Assembly (NCBI RefSeq): GCF_000284455.1
Contig: NC_017039.1
Span: 1,500,001 to 1,532,000 of the forward strand
Direction of reading: 5' to 3'
Source: Synechocystis sp. PCC 6803 substr. PCC-P
GTDB lineage: Bacteria; Cyanobacteriota; Cyanobacteriia; Cyanobacteriales; Microcystaceae
DNA length: 32,000 nucleotides
Shown here: positions 19,037 to 27,499 of the stretch, piece after piece
Layout of the letters: each line of letters starts with the position of its first letter
Numbering within the stretch: position 1 is the first letter of the stretch
Program-made: the position numbers and the translations under genes
Notes under the pieces: model-generated
The model's input: the letters and a program-made list of their open reading frames with translations, nothing else
The model's database searches: none
Told to the model about the DNA's origin: nothing

Positions 19037-20128
19037 TTAAACGTTGAAGCGGAAGAGCAGCACATCCCCCTCCTGTACCACATATTCTTTGCCTTCACTG
19101 CGGACTAATCCCTTTTCCTTGGCTCCCTGCATACTGCCACAGCTAATTAAATCTTCATAGGCCACGGTTTCCGCTCGGATAAAACCCCGTTCAAAATCGG
19201 TGTGAATTACCCCGGCCGCTTGGGGAGCTTTCATGCCGCTGATGATGGTCCAGGCTCGGGTTTCCTGGGGGCCCGTGGTCAGGTAAGTGCGTAGCCCCAG
19301 TAATTCATAGGTAGCTCGAATAAGGGATTTCAATCCCCCTTCCGTCACGCCTAAGCTAGCCAAAAAGTCCTGCCGCTCCTCCTCCGGTAATTCAACCAGT
19401 TCCGATTCCACCTGGGCCGAAATCACCACCACTTTGGCTTCATCCTTAGCGGCGATCGCCTTGACCTGTTCCACCCAATCATTGCCCCCGGCCAAATCAT
19501 CCTCTGTGACATTGGTGGCATAGATAATCGGTTTAAGGGTCAGTAAACCCAGGGACTTGATTAATTCCTGTTCTTCGGCTGTTAATCCTACCCGTCGGGC
19601 TGGAATACCCTCATTGAGGGCGGCGACCAATCTTTCCAAAATGGCCACTTCTTCCAACAAATCCTTATTGCCCCGGGCTTGCTTGCGACTGCGTTCTAAA
19701 CGTTTTTCCACCTGGGCTAAATCCGCCAGCACCAACTCCAAATCAATTACTTCCACATCCCGCACCGGGTCGACAGAACCTGACACATGGATAATGTCAT
19801 CGTCATCAAAACAGCGCACCACATGGACAATGGCATCCACTTCCCGGATATTGGCCAAGAATTGGTTTCCCAGGCCTTCCCCTTTGCTGGCCCCTGCCAC
19901 CAAACCGGCAATATCGACAAATTCCATCCGGGTGGGCACTACCTTGACCGATTGGGAAATCTCCGCCAATTTCCCTAGGCGATCGTCCGGCACAGACACC
20001 ACCCCCACATTGGGTTCAATGGTGCAGAAGGGAAAGTTGGCCGCTTCAGCCTTGGCATTGGCCACCAGGGCGTTAAAGAGGGTAGATTTTCCCACATTGG
20101 GCAGACCAACAATTCCAGCTCTAAGCAT
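19037..20128 (-). CDS. ychF: Ribosome-binding ATPase/GTPase YchF
   Basis: 363 aa, MLRAGIVGLPNVGKSTLFNALVANAKAEAANFPFCTIEPNVGVVSVPD ... TGPQETRAWTIISGMKAPQAAGVIHTDFERGFIRAE (TGS domain). Confidence 0.97.
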   Translation of the reverse strand: MLRAGIVGLPNVGKSTLFNALVANAKAEAANFPFCTIEPNVGVVSVPDDRLGKLAEISQSVKVVPTRMEFVDIAGLVAGASKGEGLGNQFLANIREVDAIVHVVRCFDDDDIIHVSGSVDPVRDVEVIDLELVLADLAQVEKRLERSRKQARGNKDLLEEVAILERLVAALNEGIPARRVGLTAEEQELIKSLGLLTLKPIIYATNVTEDDLAGGNDWVEQVKAIAAKDEAKVVVISAQVESELVELPEEERQDFLASLGVTEGGLKSLIRATYELLGLRTYLTTGPQETRAWTIISGMKAPQAAGVIHTDFERGFIRAETVAYEDLISCGSMQGAKEKGLVRSEGKEYVVQEGDVLLFRFNV

Positions 20129-20237
20129 AATGTCTAACTATTTTGAGGATGATTAGGGGGGCAAAACAGTCTCCCATCGTACCAAAATCAGGTGGGCACC
20201 ACATCACACTGGCTTTATCCTGCGGTTTTCAAACTCT

Positions 20238-21254
20238 TCAAATTTTATTGCTTTTTTTGTAATCTCCATGGCGCCTTTGGTGCCACTGCCAGGCATGGTC
20301 AATGATGGTATGTAAGTCAGGGTACTGGGGATTCCAGCCAAGGATTTCCCGCGCTTTAGCACTACTACCGACCAGGATGGGGGCATCACCGGGACGGCGG
20401 GGACATAGCTGATAGGGAATATCTAATCCCGTCACCGCTTTGGCAACTTCAATTACTTGACGCACGGAAAAGCCGTTGCCATTACCGAGGTTAAAGATAT
20501 TGCTTTCCCCTCCTTCTAGCAGGTATTGCAAGCCTAATACATGGGCGATCGCCAGGTCACAGACATGGATGTAATCCCGTAAGGCGGTGCCGTCGAGGGT
20601 GTCATAATCAGTACCAAAAACGGAAAGTTGGGGACGTTGTTTCAAAGCTGTCAACAGGGCCAGGGGAATTAGATGGGTTTCGGGGTTATGGTCTTCTCCT
20701 AAGCGTCCTTGGGGGTCTGCGCCGGAAGCATTAAAGTAGCGAAAAATAACTGATTTGAAGCCGTAAGCTTGGTCAAAGTCAGCCAAAATTTGTTCCACCA
20801 TGCGTTTGCTGGCGGCATAGGGACTGAGGGGATCAATGGGATGGCTTTCCGTCATGGGAATTTCCTTCGGCATGCCATAGACCGCACAGGTGGAGGAAAA
20901 GACAAATTTCTTAATGCCCGCCGCTAGCATGGCTTCCAGGAGGGTGAGAGTACCCACTACGTTGTTTTGGTAATAAATGTCCGGCTTTTGCACCGATTCT
21001 CCCACGGCGATGAAGGCGGCAAAATGCATGACAGCAGCAATATTCCTAGTGGCAAAAAGTTGGTCTAGTTTTTGGCGATCGCCAGTATGGCCGACTACCA
21101 ATTCCACCCCCAGGGGTTGCACTAGTTCCTTGTGACCGTAGCTGAGGTTATCGTAGATAAGGACGTCAAAGCCCGCCTGTTGTAGGGCAAGCACCCCATG
21201 GGAGCCGATGTAACCCGCCCCTCCGGTGACCAAAATTGTTTGTTGCGTGGCCAT
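20238..21254 (-). CDS. galE: UDP-glucose 4-epimerase
   Basis: 338 aa, VTGGAGYIGSHGVLALQQAGFDVLIYDNLSYGH, SSTCAVYG, YAASKRMVEQ, YFNASGADPQGRLGEDHNPETHLIP. Confidence 0.96.
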   Translation of the reverse strand: MATQQTILVTGGAGYIGSHGVLALQQAGFDVLIYDNLSYGHKELVQPLGVELVVGHTGDRQKLDQLFATRNIAAVMHFAAFIAVGESVQKPDIYYQNNVVGTLTLLEAMLAAGIKKFVFSSTCAVYGMPKEIPMTESHPIDPLSPYAASKRMVEQILADFDQAYGFKSVIFRYFNASGADPQGRLGEDHNPETHLIPLALLTALKQRPQLSVFGTDYDTLDGTALRDYIHVCDLAIAHVLGLQYLLEGGESNIFNLGNGNGFSVRQVIEVAKAVTGLDIPYQLCPRRPGDAPILVGSSAKAREILGWNPQYPDLHTIIDHAWQWHQRRHGDYKKSNKI

Positions 21255-21327
21255 TGTCGACTATTAACCCAAGCTGTTGCCTCGCCTAGAGCATACCATT
21301 CTTAACCTTGCTTGACCTTAGCTTTTT

Positions 21328-21927
21328 ATGCCATCTACTTTTTCCCAACCATCCCCCTCTAATGCCCTTGTTAATGACCGCCGGGACGTATTTCCCCTTT
21401 CTCCCCTGATTAAAATCACCCTGGTCAATCTCTACCTAGCTCTGACAGTTCCCCTGCCCATTTTGGCCCAACTCACCCAAGGAAATGCATTACTTACCCT
21501 ATTGTTAACCGTTGGACTGATGGGAGGCTTAGTTGCTTTAGTAGCTGCCTTGGCGGAACAGGTGGTGCTGAATGGAGAGGGAATTGCGGTGCGTTATCCC
21601 CGCTGGGTACCCAAATTTTTTCGGTCCGGTTGGCAATTATCTTGGGCAGATGTCACCGCATTGAAATGTCGCACCACAGGCCAGGGGGGCTTGGTTTACT
21701 ATTTCCTCACAGAGTCGAAAGATAGGGCCTATCTGCTACCCATGCGGGTGGCGGGCTTTAATCGGCTAACTCAACTGGTGAGCGACCATACGGGCATTGA
21801 CACCCAGGATGTGCGCCCCCTTTCCCAACCCTGGATGTATTTATTACTACTCCTATTTACCTTCTTACTTTGGGGCAGTCAGTTGGCGATCGTCCTATTG
21901 CTTTGGAGTAGCCCTCCCCTGGCATAA
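21328..21927 (+). CDS. Hypothetical membrane protein (N-terminal TM hairpin, soluble middle, C-terminal TM)
   Basis: 199 aa ATG-start ORF: LVNLYLALTVPLPILAQLTQGNALLTLLLTVGLMGGLVALVAALAE ... WMYLLLLLFTFLLWGSQLAIVLLLW. Confidence 0.7.
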   Translation: MPSTFSQPSPSNALVNDRRDVFPLSPLIKITLVNLYLALTVPLPILAQLTQGNALLTLLLTVGLMGGLVALVAALAEQVVLNGEGIAVRYPRWVPKFFRSGWQLSWADVTALKCRTTGQGGLVYYFLTESKDRAYLLPMRVAGFNRLTQLVSDHTGIDTQDVRPLSQPWMYLLLLLFTFLLWGSQLAIVLLLWSSPPLA

Positions 21928-22017
21928 TCTGAACAATTCCGGTTAAAATATAAACAAATGTAAAGAATATTCTCAGAAAACTTTATTTAACATTTGACTA
22001 AGACTAGTTTCACTACC

Positions 22018-22338
22018 ATGATCAATCCCCAACCAGACGAAAAAGAACTGCTCAAAACTATCTTAGAGCCCCTGTTGGGAGATTTTGAGCACTGGTTTAG
22101 CCGCTCCTGCCAGCTACTAGAAAGCCAGCGTTTAGTCTTTTTCACCCCAGAGCAACAACAAGAGTTACTGGACCGGGTACGACAGGCACGGGATGAAGTA
22201 AAGTGTACTAAATTAATGTTCCAAGCCACCGGGGAACAGGTGGGGGTTGAGTTTAGTGTCCTGGTCCCCTGGCACAATTTGGTGACGGAATGTTGGCAGG
22301 TAGCCCAGCGCCATCGCCAGATGCAGGCTGCCCGCTAG
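22018..22338 (+). CDS. DUF2605-like small protein
   Basis: [57 protein letters not shown]...; ATG at 22018 preferred over TTG at 21994. Confidence 0.65.
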
Positions 22339-22554
22339 AAAGGAAAGAGAGAGGAAAGCAATAAAAACGAATGACAGTGGGTAACAACATACAATCAACT
22401 GTGAGGAGTAGGGGTTGTTGATTTTCGATAATTGTTGACAGTCATCGTCAATGATTAAGATGCTCTCTGGCCGGTCAAGCAAGGTGGTCAGATCGTTTAA
22501 TTTTGTCGAAGGTTTCCGTTAGAGCCTTGCTTGATGCCTAAACCTAGAGTTGTG

Positions 22555-22737
22555 CTAGGGGAGGAGTGAATTTTTCATCAAATCCCGGATCAGGTTATCC
22601 CGCACCATGATTTGTTGCATGGTTTCTAGTAAATAGTTAACGGTCTGCTCCCGGTCTAGTTCTTGATATTCCTGTTGCAAACACTGCAGTTGAAATTTCT
22701 GCTCTAAGGATAGGTTAAAGGCTTCGTTGTTGATCAT
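22555..22737 (-). CDS. nblA2: Phycobilisome degradation protein NblA (NblA2)
   Basis: 60 aa, NLSLEQKFQLQCLQQEYQELDREQTVNYLLETMQQIMVRDNLIRDLMKNSLL; NblA signature; second of a tandem pair. Confidence 0.88.
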   Translation of the reverse strand: MINNEAFNLSLEQKFQLQCLQQEYQELDREQTVNYLLETMQQIMVRDNLIRDLMKNSLLP

Positions 22738-22823
22738 GGCGATCGCACTCCTGAAAAAATGGGGCGGTCAAAAATTGTAACTAATGGCTAAGACAGCAAG
22801 CTAATTTTTTTGCCTGCCTGTGC

Positions 22824-23012
22824 TTAACCTAGGGGCTCCAGGGGAGCCTGGCGCATTAAGTCCCGGATGACGTTGGATTTAATCATCAACAGTCGAGAGG
22901 CTTGGACCAAAAGTTCCAGGGCTTGCTCCTGGCTGATGTTGGCGGTGGCATCCTGCATGCGACGGAACTCAAACATTTGTTCAATGGTGAGATCGAAGGA
23001 TTCAGGTTTCAT
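22824..23012 (-). CDS. nblA1: Phycobilisome degradation protein NblA (NblA1)
   Basis: 62 aa, MKPESFDLTIEQMFEFRRMQDATANISQEQALELLVQASRLLMIKSNVIRDLMRQAPLEPLG; paralog immediately upstream of nblA2. Confidence 0.88.
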   Translation of the reverse strand: MKPESFDLTIEQMFEFRRMQDATANISQEQALELLVQASRLLMIKSNVIRDLMRQAPLEPLG

Positions 23013-23595
23013 AGCTGTTGCCCTCCAAGGCGACTACCTTTCAATTGTAAACAATCAATTGTAAATAAATGTAACAAAAAGTTGACCCAATTAACAGTAT
23101 CTGCTTATACAAGCTTGCCCAAAACGGGGGGCAAACCTAGCAACCCAGGGAAAAAATAGGTTTTAAGTCCGCTGAATTTAGTCAACATCGGGGACACCCT
23201 GCACATGTGGTTTGTTTTAGCAAGGGCTTTTAGAAAAAAATGCTCAATCTGAACATCTCCCATGACATTTCGCTTGGCGATCGCCGAGGAGGAGGAGGCT
23301 AAACTGTTCGTCTTTTTGGCTTTCACCACGTAGATAACAGTACGAGTTATTGGGTCATTGAATTATTAACAATATAACTATTTGCTGATTTTTATACTTG
23401 CAAATTTTAGATCTAATTGTATTAGTCTTCTATAGTAGAAATATAAGGAAATCAAATTTTCAAATTTTCATCTTGAAAAACATAAAATTTATTCATTATT
23501 TGTTAATCGTTGCCCCATCAATTTGTCGTTAAAATGGTTAATAGGGCTAGAAGAGCGAAGTATTTGTATTTGCCGAAAATTTCAGGAGCAAAACA

Positions 23596-24114
23596 ATGCG
23601 AATCAACCATAAGCCTCTATTAATTGCCACTGCCTTACTAACTCTCGTGCCCAATGTTGTTTGGTCTTCTCCCTTTGATGAAGATCAGGAGATTTGTCCC
23701 CAGTGGGAATGCGATCAGGCGGGAAATTGCCGCAAACTTGATCTTACCTGCGGTTCTTCCCCAGATTCTTCTGGTGCTCAGGGCTATCAATTATATTTTG
23801 ATGGGGAATTAGTGTCTGGCCCCGACGCCCAGGGTTATACATCCCAACAAGCGAAAGAAAATTGTACTTGGAATATGCAAACTAAACCGCAAATGCATAT
23901 CCGCTGTCTCTACAATGGCCAGGTCTTCGGTGATCGCCCTCCTAGTAACTCTCCTGGGTATGAACTATATTTTGATGGGGAATTAGTGTCTGGCGCCGAC
24001 GCCCAAGGTTATACGTTCCAACAAGCGGAAGAAAATTGCATTTGGAATATGCAAACCAAACCGCAAATTCACATTCGCTGTCTTTACAATGGCCAGGTCT
24101 TTAGGGAGCGGTGA
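23596..24114 (+). CDS. Secreted hypothetical protein with two near-identical 49-aa repeats
   Basis: Signal peptide [26 protein letters not shown]; repeats [49 protein letters not shown] and [49 protein letters not shown]. Confidence 0.8.
23782..24102 (+). repeat. Two direct 147-bp repeats (23782-23928 and 23956-24102, period 174 bp)
   Basis: Direct alignment of DNA and translated protein; only scattered substitutions. Confidence 0.92.
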
Positions 24115-24232
24115 CCAACGACCAAATAATTTAATTTTTCCAATTATTTTGATAGTTATTTGGGGAACATGGACGAATAAAATTCGGATAAAAAGTTAAA
24201 TTTTTCTAATTCTATAGTCGGGGTTTTCACCT

Positions 24233-25210
24233 ATGACTACTCCCGTTTTTTGTACTAATTGTGGCAACCGCCTTAGCCCCCAGGTTCGTTTCTGTGAATC
24301 CTGTGGATGTCCCGTTGCCTTGACGTCGGAGCCACCTTCCTTTTCTGGACCACCATTGTCCCCATTGCCTCCTCCCCCTCCCACCTTTAATGTCGATGAA
24401 GTTCCATCCCATAAAAGAGGGGTAACTCCTTGGATTCCTTTTTTCCTGTTATTTAGTTCTGTCGTTGTATTAGGGGGACTTTGGTGGTTGGGAGCGTTCA
24501 ATCTGCCCCAATGGAATCAATGGCTAGTAAAAATTTTGCCCACCAATACCAGTTCCCCCGTTGTTACTTCCCCTACTCCGACGGTGGCTCCCGTTGATGC
24601 CAATGCCGTAAGTTTAGAAGATTTTGTTGGCGTCTGGATGGTCATGGAAGGGGCGCCGGGGGAAGGCGGGGAAGCTATTTTTACCATGAGCTTGGAAGGA
24701 AATGTCATTGTTGTTGAGGCTGAAGGCGATCGCGTGGAATTCCCTACACTCAATGGCCGAAAACTAGAGGGCAGTGTAGTTGAAGACGGTGTAACTATCC
24801 CGATAACAGTGGAACTAAATCAGAATAAAGACCAGATTATTGTTACTGTTCTTCCCCCCAACAGTGAACTACAAGTGGGAGTGGGGCAGAGGGTAAAAGG
24901 AATTGATGATTTGGATAGTCCATCTAACTCAAGGGATAATTCCCTTAACATAGATGAAAATGTTTTAACGGAACGGCAAGCCTTAGAGCTTTTGATTGCT
25001 TGGCCGGAGATTGCGGATTGGATGCAGAGAGTTCAACAGGAAGCCCCACAGAATCAGACTCTTCTAGAAATTGTGGAAACCACCCCGCAACAATACCTAA
25101 TTCGGGCTTATGAATCTGTTAATAACCCTGGAGAACCGGGTCATACAGCTACGTTTGGTTGGTATAACGTCGATCGCCAAACCGGGGAGGTGACTCAAAG
25201 TATTCCCTAG
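24233..25210 (+). CDS. Zinc-ribbon protein with one TM segment
   Basis: MTTPVFCTNCGNRLSPQVRFCESCGCPV (CxxC...CxxC) then Pro-rich linker and PWIPFFLLFSSVVVLGGLWWLGAF. Confidence 0.8.
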   Translation: MTTPVFCTNCGNRLSPQVRFCESCGCPVALTSEPPSFSGPPLSPLPPPPPTFNVDEVPSHKRGVTPWIPFFLLFSSVVVLGGLWWLGAFNLPQWNQWLVKILPTNTSSPVVTSPTPTVAPVDANAVSLEDFVGVWMVMEGAPGEGGEAIFTMSLEGNVIVVEAEGDRVEFPTLNGRKLEGSVVEDGVTIPITVELNQNKDQIIVTVLPPNSELQVGVGQRVKGIDDLDSPSNSRDNSLNIDENVLTERQALELLIAWPEIADWMQRVQQEAPQNQTLLEIVETTPQQYLIRAYESVNNPGEPGHTATFGWYNVDRQTGEVTQSIP

Positions 25211-25251
25211 GGGAAGCTTAGGGTTAGGAGCCGAAAGTAAGGAGAGAGAGC

Positions 25252-26202
25252 ATGCCCAAAAATATGTCACCAATCTGTCCCGTTTGCGGACAAGAAAATG
25301 ATGCCGCAAATCGCTATTGTTCCTTTTGCGGTACTCGGTTTAATTCATCCTTGCCATCGATGGATCTTTTTCAGGCTCAAACAGTGCAAGCCCCAGCCCC
25401 AGAGCAAATGGTCTTCTCTGGCAATGGGCAAGATTTACCCAGTTTGACCAATCATCCTTTTTGGGGCGCAATTCCTGTGCTTGGATTGCTGACGGTTCTG
25501 CCCCTGGGACTTTTTATCTTCGGCATGGCCATTGATGCCAACGATTGGCCCTATGCGGCCCTACTGGTTTTTCTGCTATTTTTATTCACATTGCTAATTT
25601 TTCTTGGACAGCTTTGGGGCAATGTATCCCAGGCGAGGGAATTTATCCTTAGTGAGCGGCCATTGATCCTTTGGCGTTATAGCCCCGATGAATGGCAACA
25701 GCTTCGACAGGCTCAATTCAGTGAATCCGCCGAGGATATGCAAGAAATGGCCGGCTGTGCAGTCCCCTTTTTTGCTGGGGTGGGAACTTTGCTCGGTACT
25801 GTCCTTGGTTCTGTGGAAGGCTTTGTGGGGGCCGTGCCAGGGGCGGCGATCGGTGCCATGGCCGGATACATTTTTGGCAAAATATTGGTTCCCATAGCCA
25901 CTGGTTTGAACCAATCTACCAACCGGGAATTGTATCGAACCGATTTGCCTGTTTGGGTGGTGCTAGCTCCAGGGGAAATTTATTATAACCGTCAATATTT
26001 TCGAGCTGATACCATTGGCGATCGCCTTGAAGGGATTACCCTAGATGAAGGTGCTCTGACCTGGTTGCGTATCGAAACCTTCGCCCCCCGGGGTAGCATC
26101 ACAGCTAGTTTTGACGGCAACATTTTAGTCCCCCATCGTATGTTAGCAACCGTTAAAGCAGTTTTACCGCAATTGCAGCAATTCATCTCCGGGGAAGATT
26201 AG
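25252..26202 (+). CDS. Zinc-ribbon, multi-TM protein with glycine-zipper-like hydrophobic segment
   Basis: ICPVCGQENDAANRYCSFCGTRF; TM pair IPVLGLLTVLPLGLFIFGMA / YAALLVFLLFLFTLLIFLGQLW; GVGTLLGTVLGSVEGFVGAVPGAAIGAMAGYIFGKILVP. Confidence 0.8.
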   Translation: MPKNMSPICPVCGQENDAANRYCSFCGTRFNSSLPSMDLFQAQTVQAPAPEQMVFSGNGQDLPSLTNHPFWGAIPVLGLLTVLPLGLFIFGMAIDANDWPYAALLVFLLFLFTLLIFLGQLWGNVSQAREFILSERPLILWRYSPDEWQQLRQAQFSESAEDMQEMAGCAVPFFAGVGTLLGTVLGSVEGFVGAVPGAAIGAMAGYIFGKILVPIATGLNQSTNRELYRTDLPVWVVLAPGEIYYNRQYFRADTIGDRLEGITLDEGALTWLRIETFAPRGSITASFDGNILVPHRMLATVKAVLPQLQQFISGED

Positions 26203-27449
26203 GATTTGACCCCCAAAACAAAGCCACAATTGCCACAGAACTTCGCTCCGGCGGTAGGAGTATGGCCACATTGGGGACAGATTTGGGGTTTTGGCGGTTC
26301 CATTACCGCAACGGACGTACCGCAATGGGTACAGAATTTATCTCCTTCCTGTAAAGATTGATGACAAGCTTGGCAATAGTTGGGGGTTGAGGCTCCAGGC
26401 AAAGGCTCGAGAGATGAAGATGTAGTCTGTGTTCCTAATGATTGAGAATAAGAATCTATTTGTGGTTTTCCTACAGGAGTAAAAATCTCATCTAAAAGCT
26501 CATAGGCTTTATCAAGGCTAATACTGACTACAGAGACTAAACCATTGGGAGAAGGATCAATATCAAAAAACCATAATGAGTTTTCGGCACGAATTAACAA
26601 AGCCCCTTGCCTACCAAGTAGATTTGTTTCATTATACCCAAGAAGATCGATGGCCAGTATACAAAGACGTCGATGTAAAGATGAAATGAGAAATAGCCCA
26701 CTTTCTGTCCAAGCTATTTTGTCGCCATCACTTTCAATTAATTGACGTTGAGTCAATCTTTTGATTGTATTTAAAAAAGTGCTTTGGTCAATTGTTTGTA
26801 GTTCTTGAGGAAGGAAATGAATAATTGACCAAAATAAATAGCGCTGATCTTCATACTCTGTTACGTTGTCATAAGCCTGCAGTAAATCCTCAATTGAAAT
26901 TGACAAGGGAACTGGTTGATGCAGGATCAATGAAGCGTACTGAATACGACTATATATATCAACTAAAGCAACCAATACAGAAAACTCAGTGAGAGTACAC
27001 TGAAACGAAACATCCGTCTCCCATATGGGTGATCCAGGCTCAATATAAGCGAAGAGTGAGTTAACGAGAACATCACGCCCCTCAACGGGTTGAATTTTGT
27101 AATCTTGGCCGTCATTGACTGGGGCAATAAATAACCAAGGGGCATCATCCTCAATTTTTCCTGTCAATGCCCAAGTCCGCAGTTGACTTATCTGATGGTA
27201 ATAAATGCGAATATCAGCTAATAACAATGGATTGGCAAGAAAAGAAATCCAGTTGATGATTTCTTGATCTAATGGGGATGAAGAATTGATCCACTGATCA
27301 ACACTTGTGTCGTCTTGATTTATATTTTCTTCAGTCTCTACAAATACCTTGCCAAGGATACTTAAAGGTAGACGAAAATGTGATATTAAAAGATTTATAG
27401 ATTTTCTTGGTATAAGTAATGATTCTTTTTTTTTAATAAAATCAATCAT
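26199..27449 (-). CDS. Hypothetical protein with C-terminal double zinc ribbon
   Basis: 416 aa; C-terminus YCQACHQSLQEGDKFCTHCGTSV...ICPQCGHTPTAGAKFCGNCGFVLGVKS; internal helical region resembling a winged-helix. Confidence 0.8.
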   Translation of the reverse strand: MIDFIKKKESLLIPRKSINLLISHFRLPLSILGKVFVETEENINQDDTSVDQWINSSSPLDQEIINWISFLANPLLLADIRIYYHQISQLRTWALTGKIEDDAPWLFIAPVNDGQDYKIQPVEGRDVLVNSLFAYIEPGSPIWETDVSFQCTLTEFSVLVALVDIYSRIQYASLILHQPVPLSISIEDLLQAYDNVTEYEDQRYLFWSIIHFLPQELQTIDQSTFLNTIKRLTQRQLIESDGDKIAWTESGLFLISSLHRRLCILAIDLLGYNETNLLGRQGALLIRAENSLWFFDIDPSPNGLVSVVSISLDKAYELLDEIFTPVGKPQIDSYSQSLGTQTTSSSLEPLPGASTPNYCQACHQSLQEGDKFCTHCGTSVAVMEPPKPQICPQCGHTPTAGAKFCGNCGFVLGVKS

Positions 27450-27499
27450 AATTTATAGCTCCCAATAAATAGGTTAAATCCGTAAAAACAACAAAGAGC

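Noticed and set aside
23105-23329. 74-aa minus-strand ORF (MVKAKKTNSLASSSSAIAKRNV...)
   Set aside because: GTG start, low-complexity beginning and no family similarity that I recognise; insufficient support to call it a gene.
24196-24501. 101-aa minus-strand ORF antisense to the zinc-ribbon gene
   Set aside because: Gly/Lys-rich shadow translation of the Pro-rich linker on the plus strand; the plus-strand CxxC-containing protein is clearly the coding frame.
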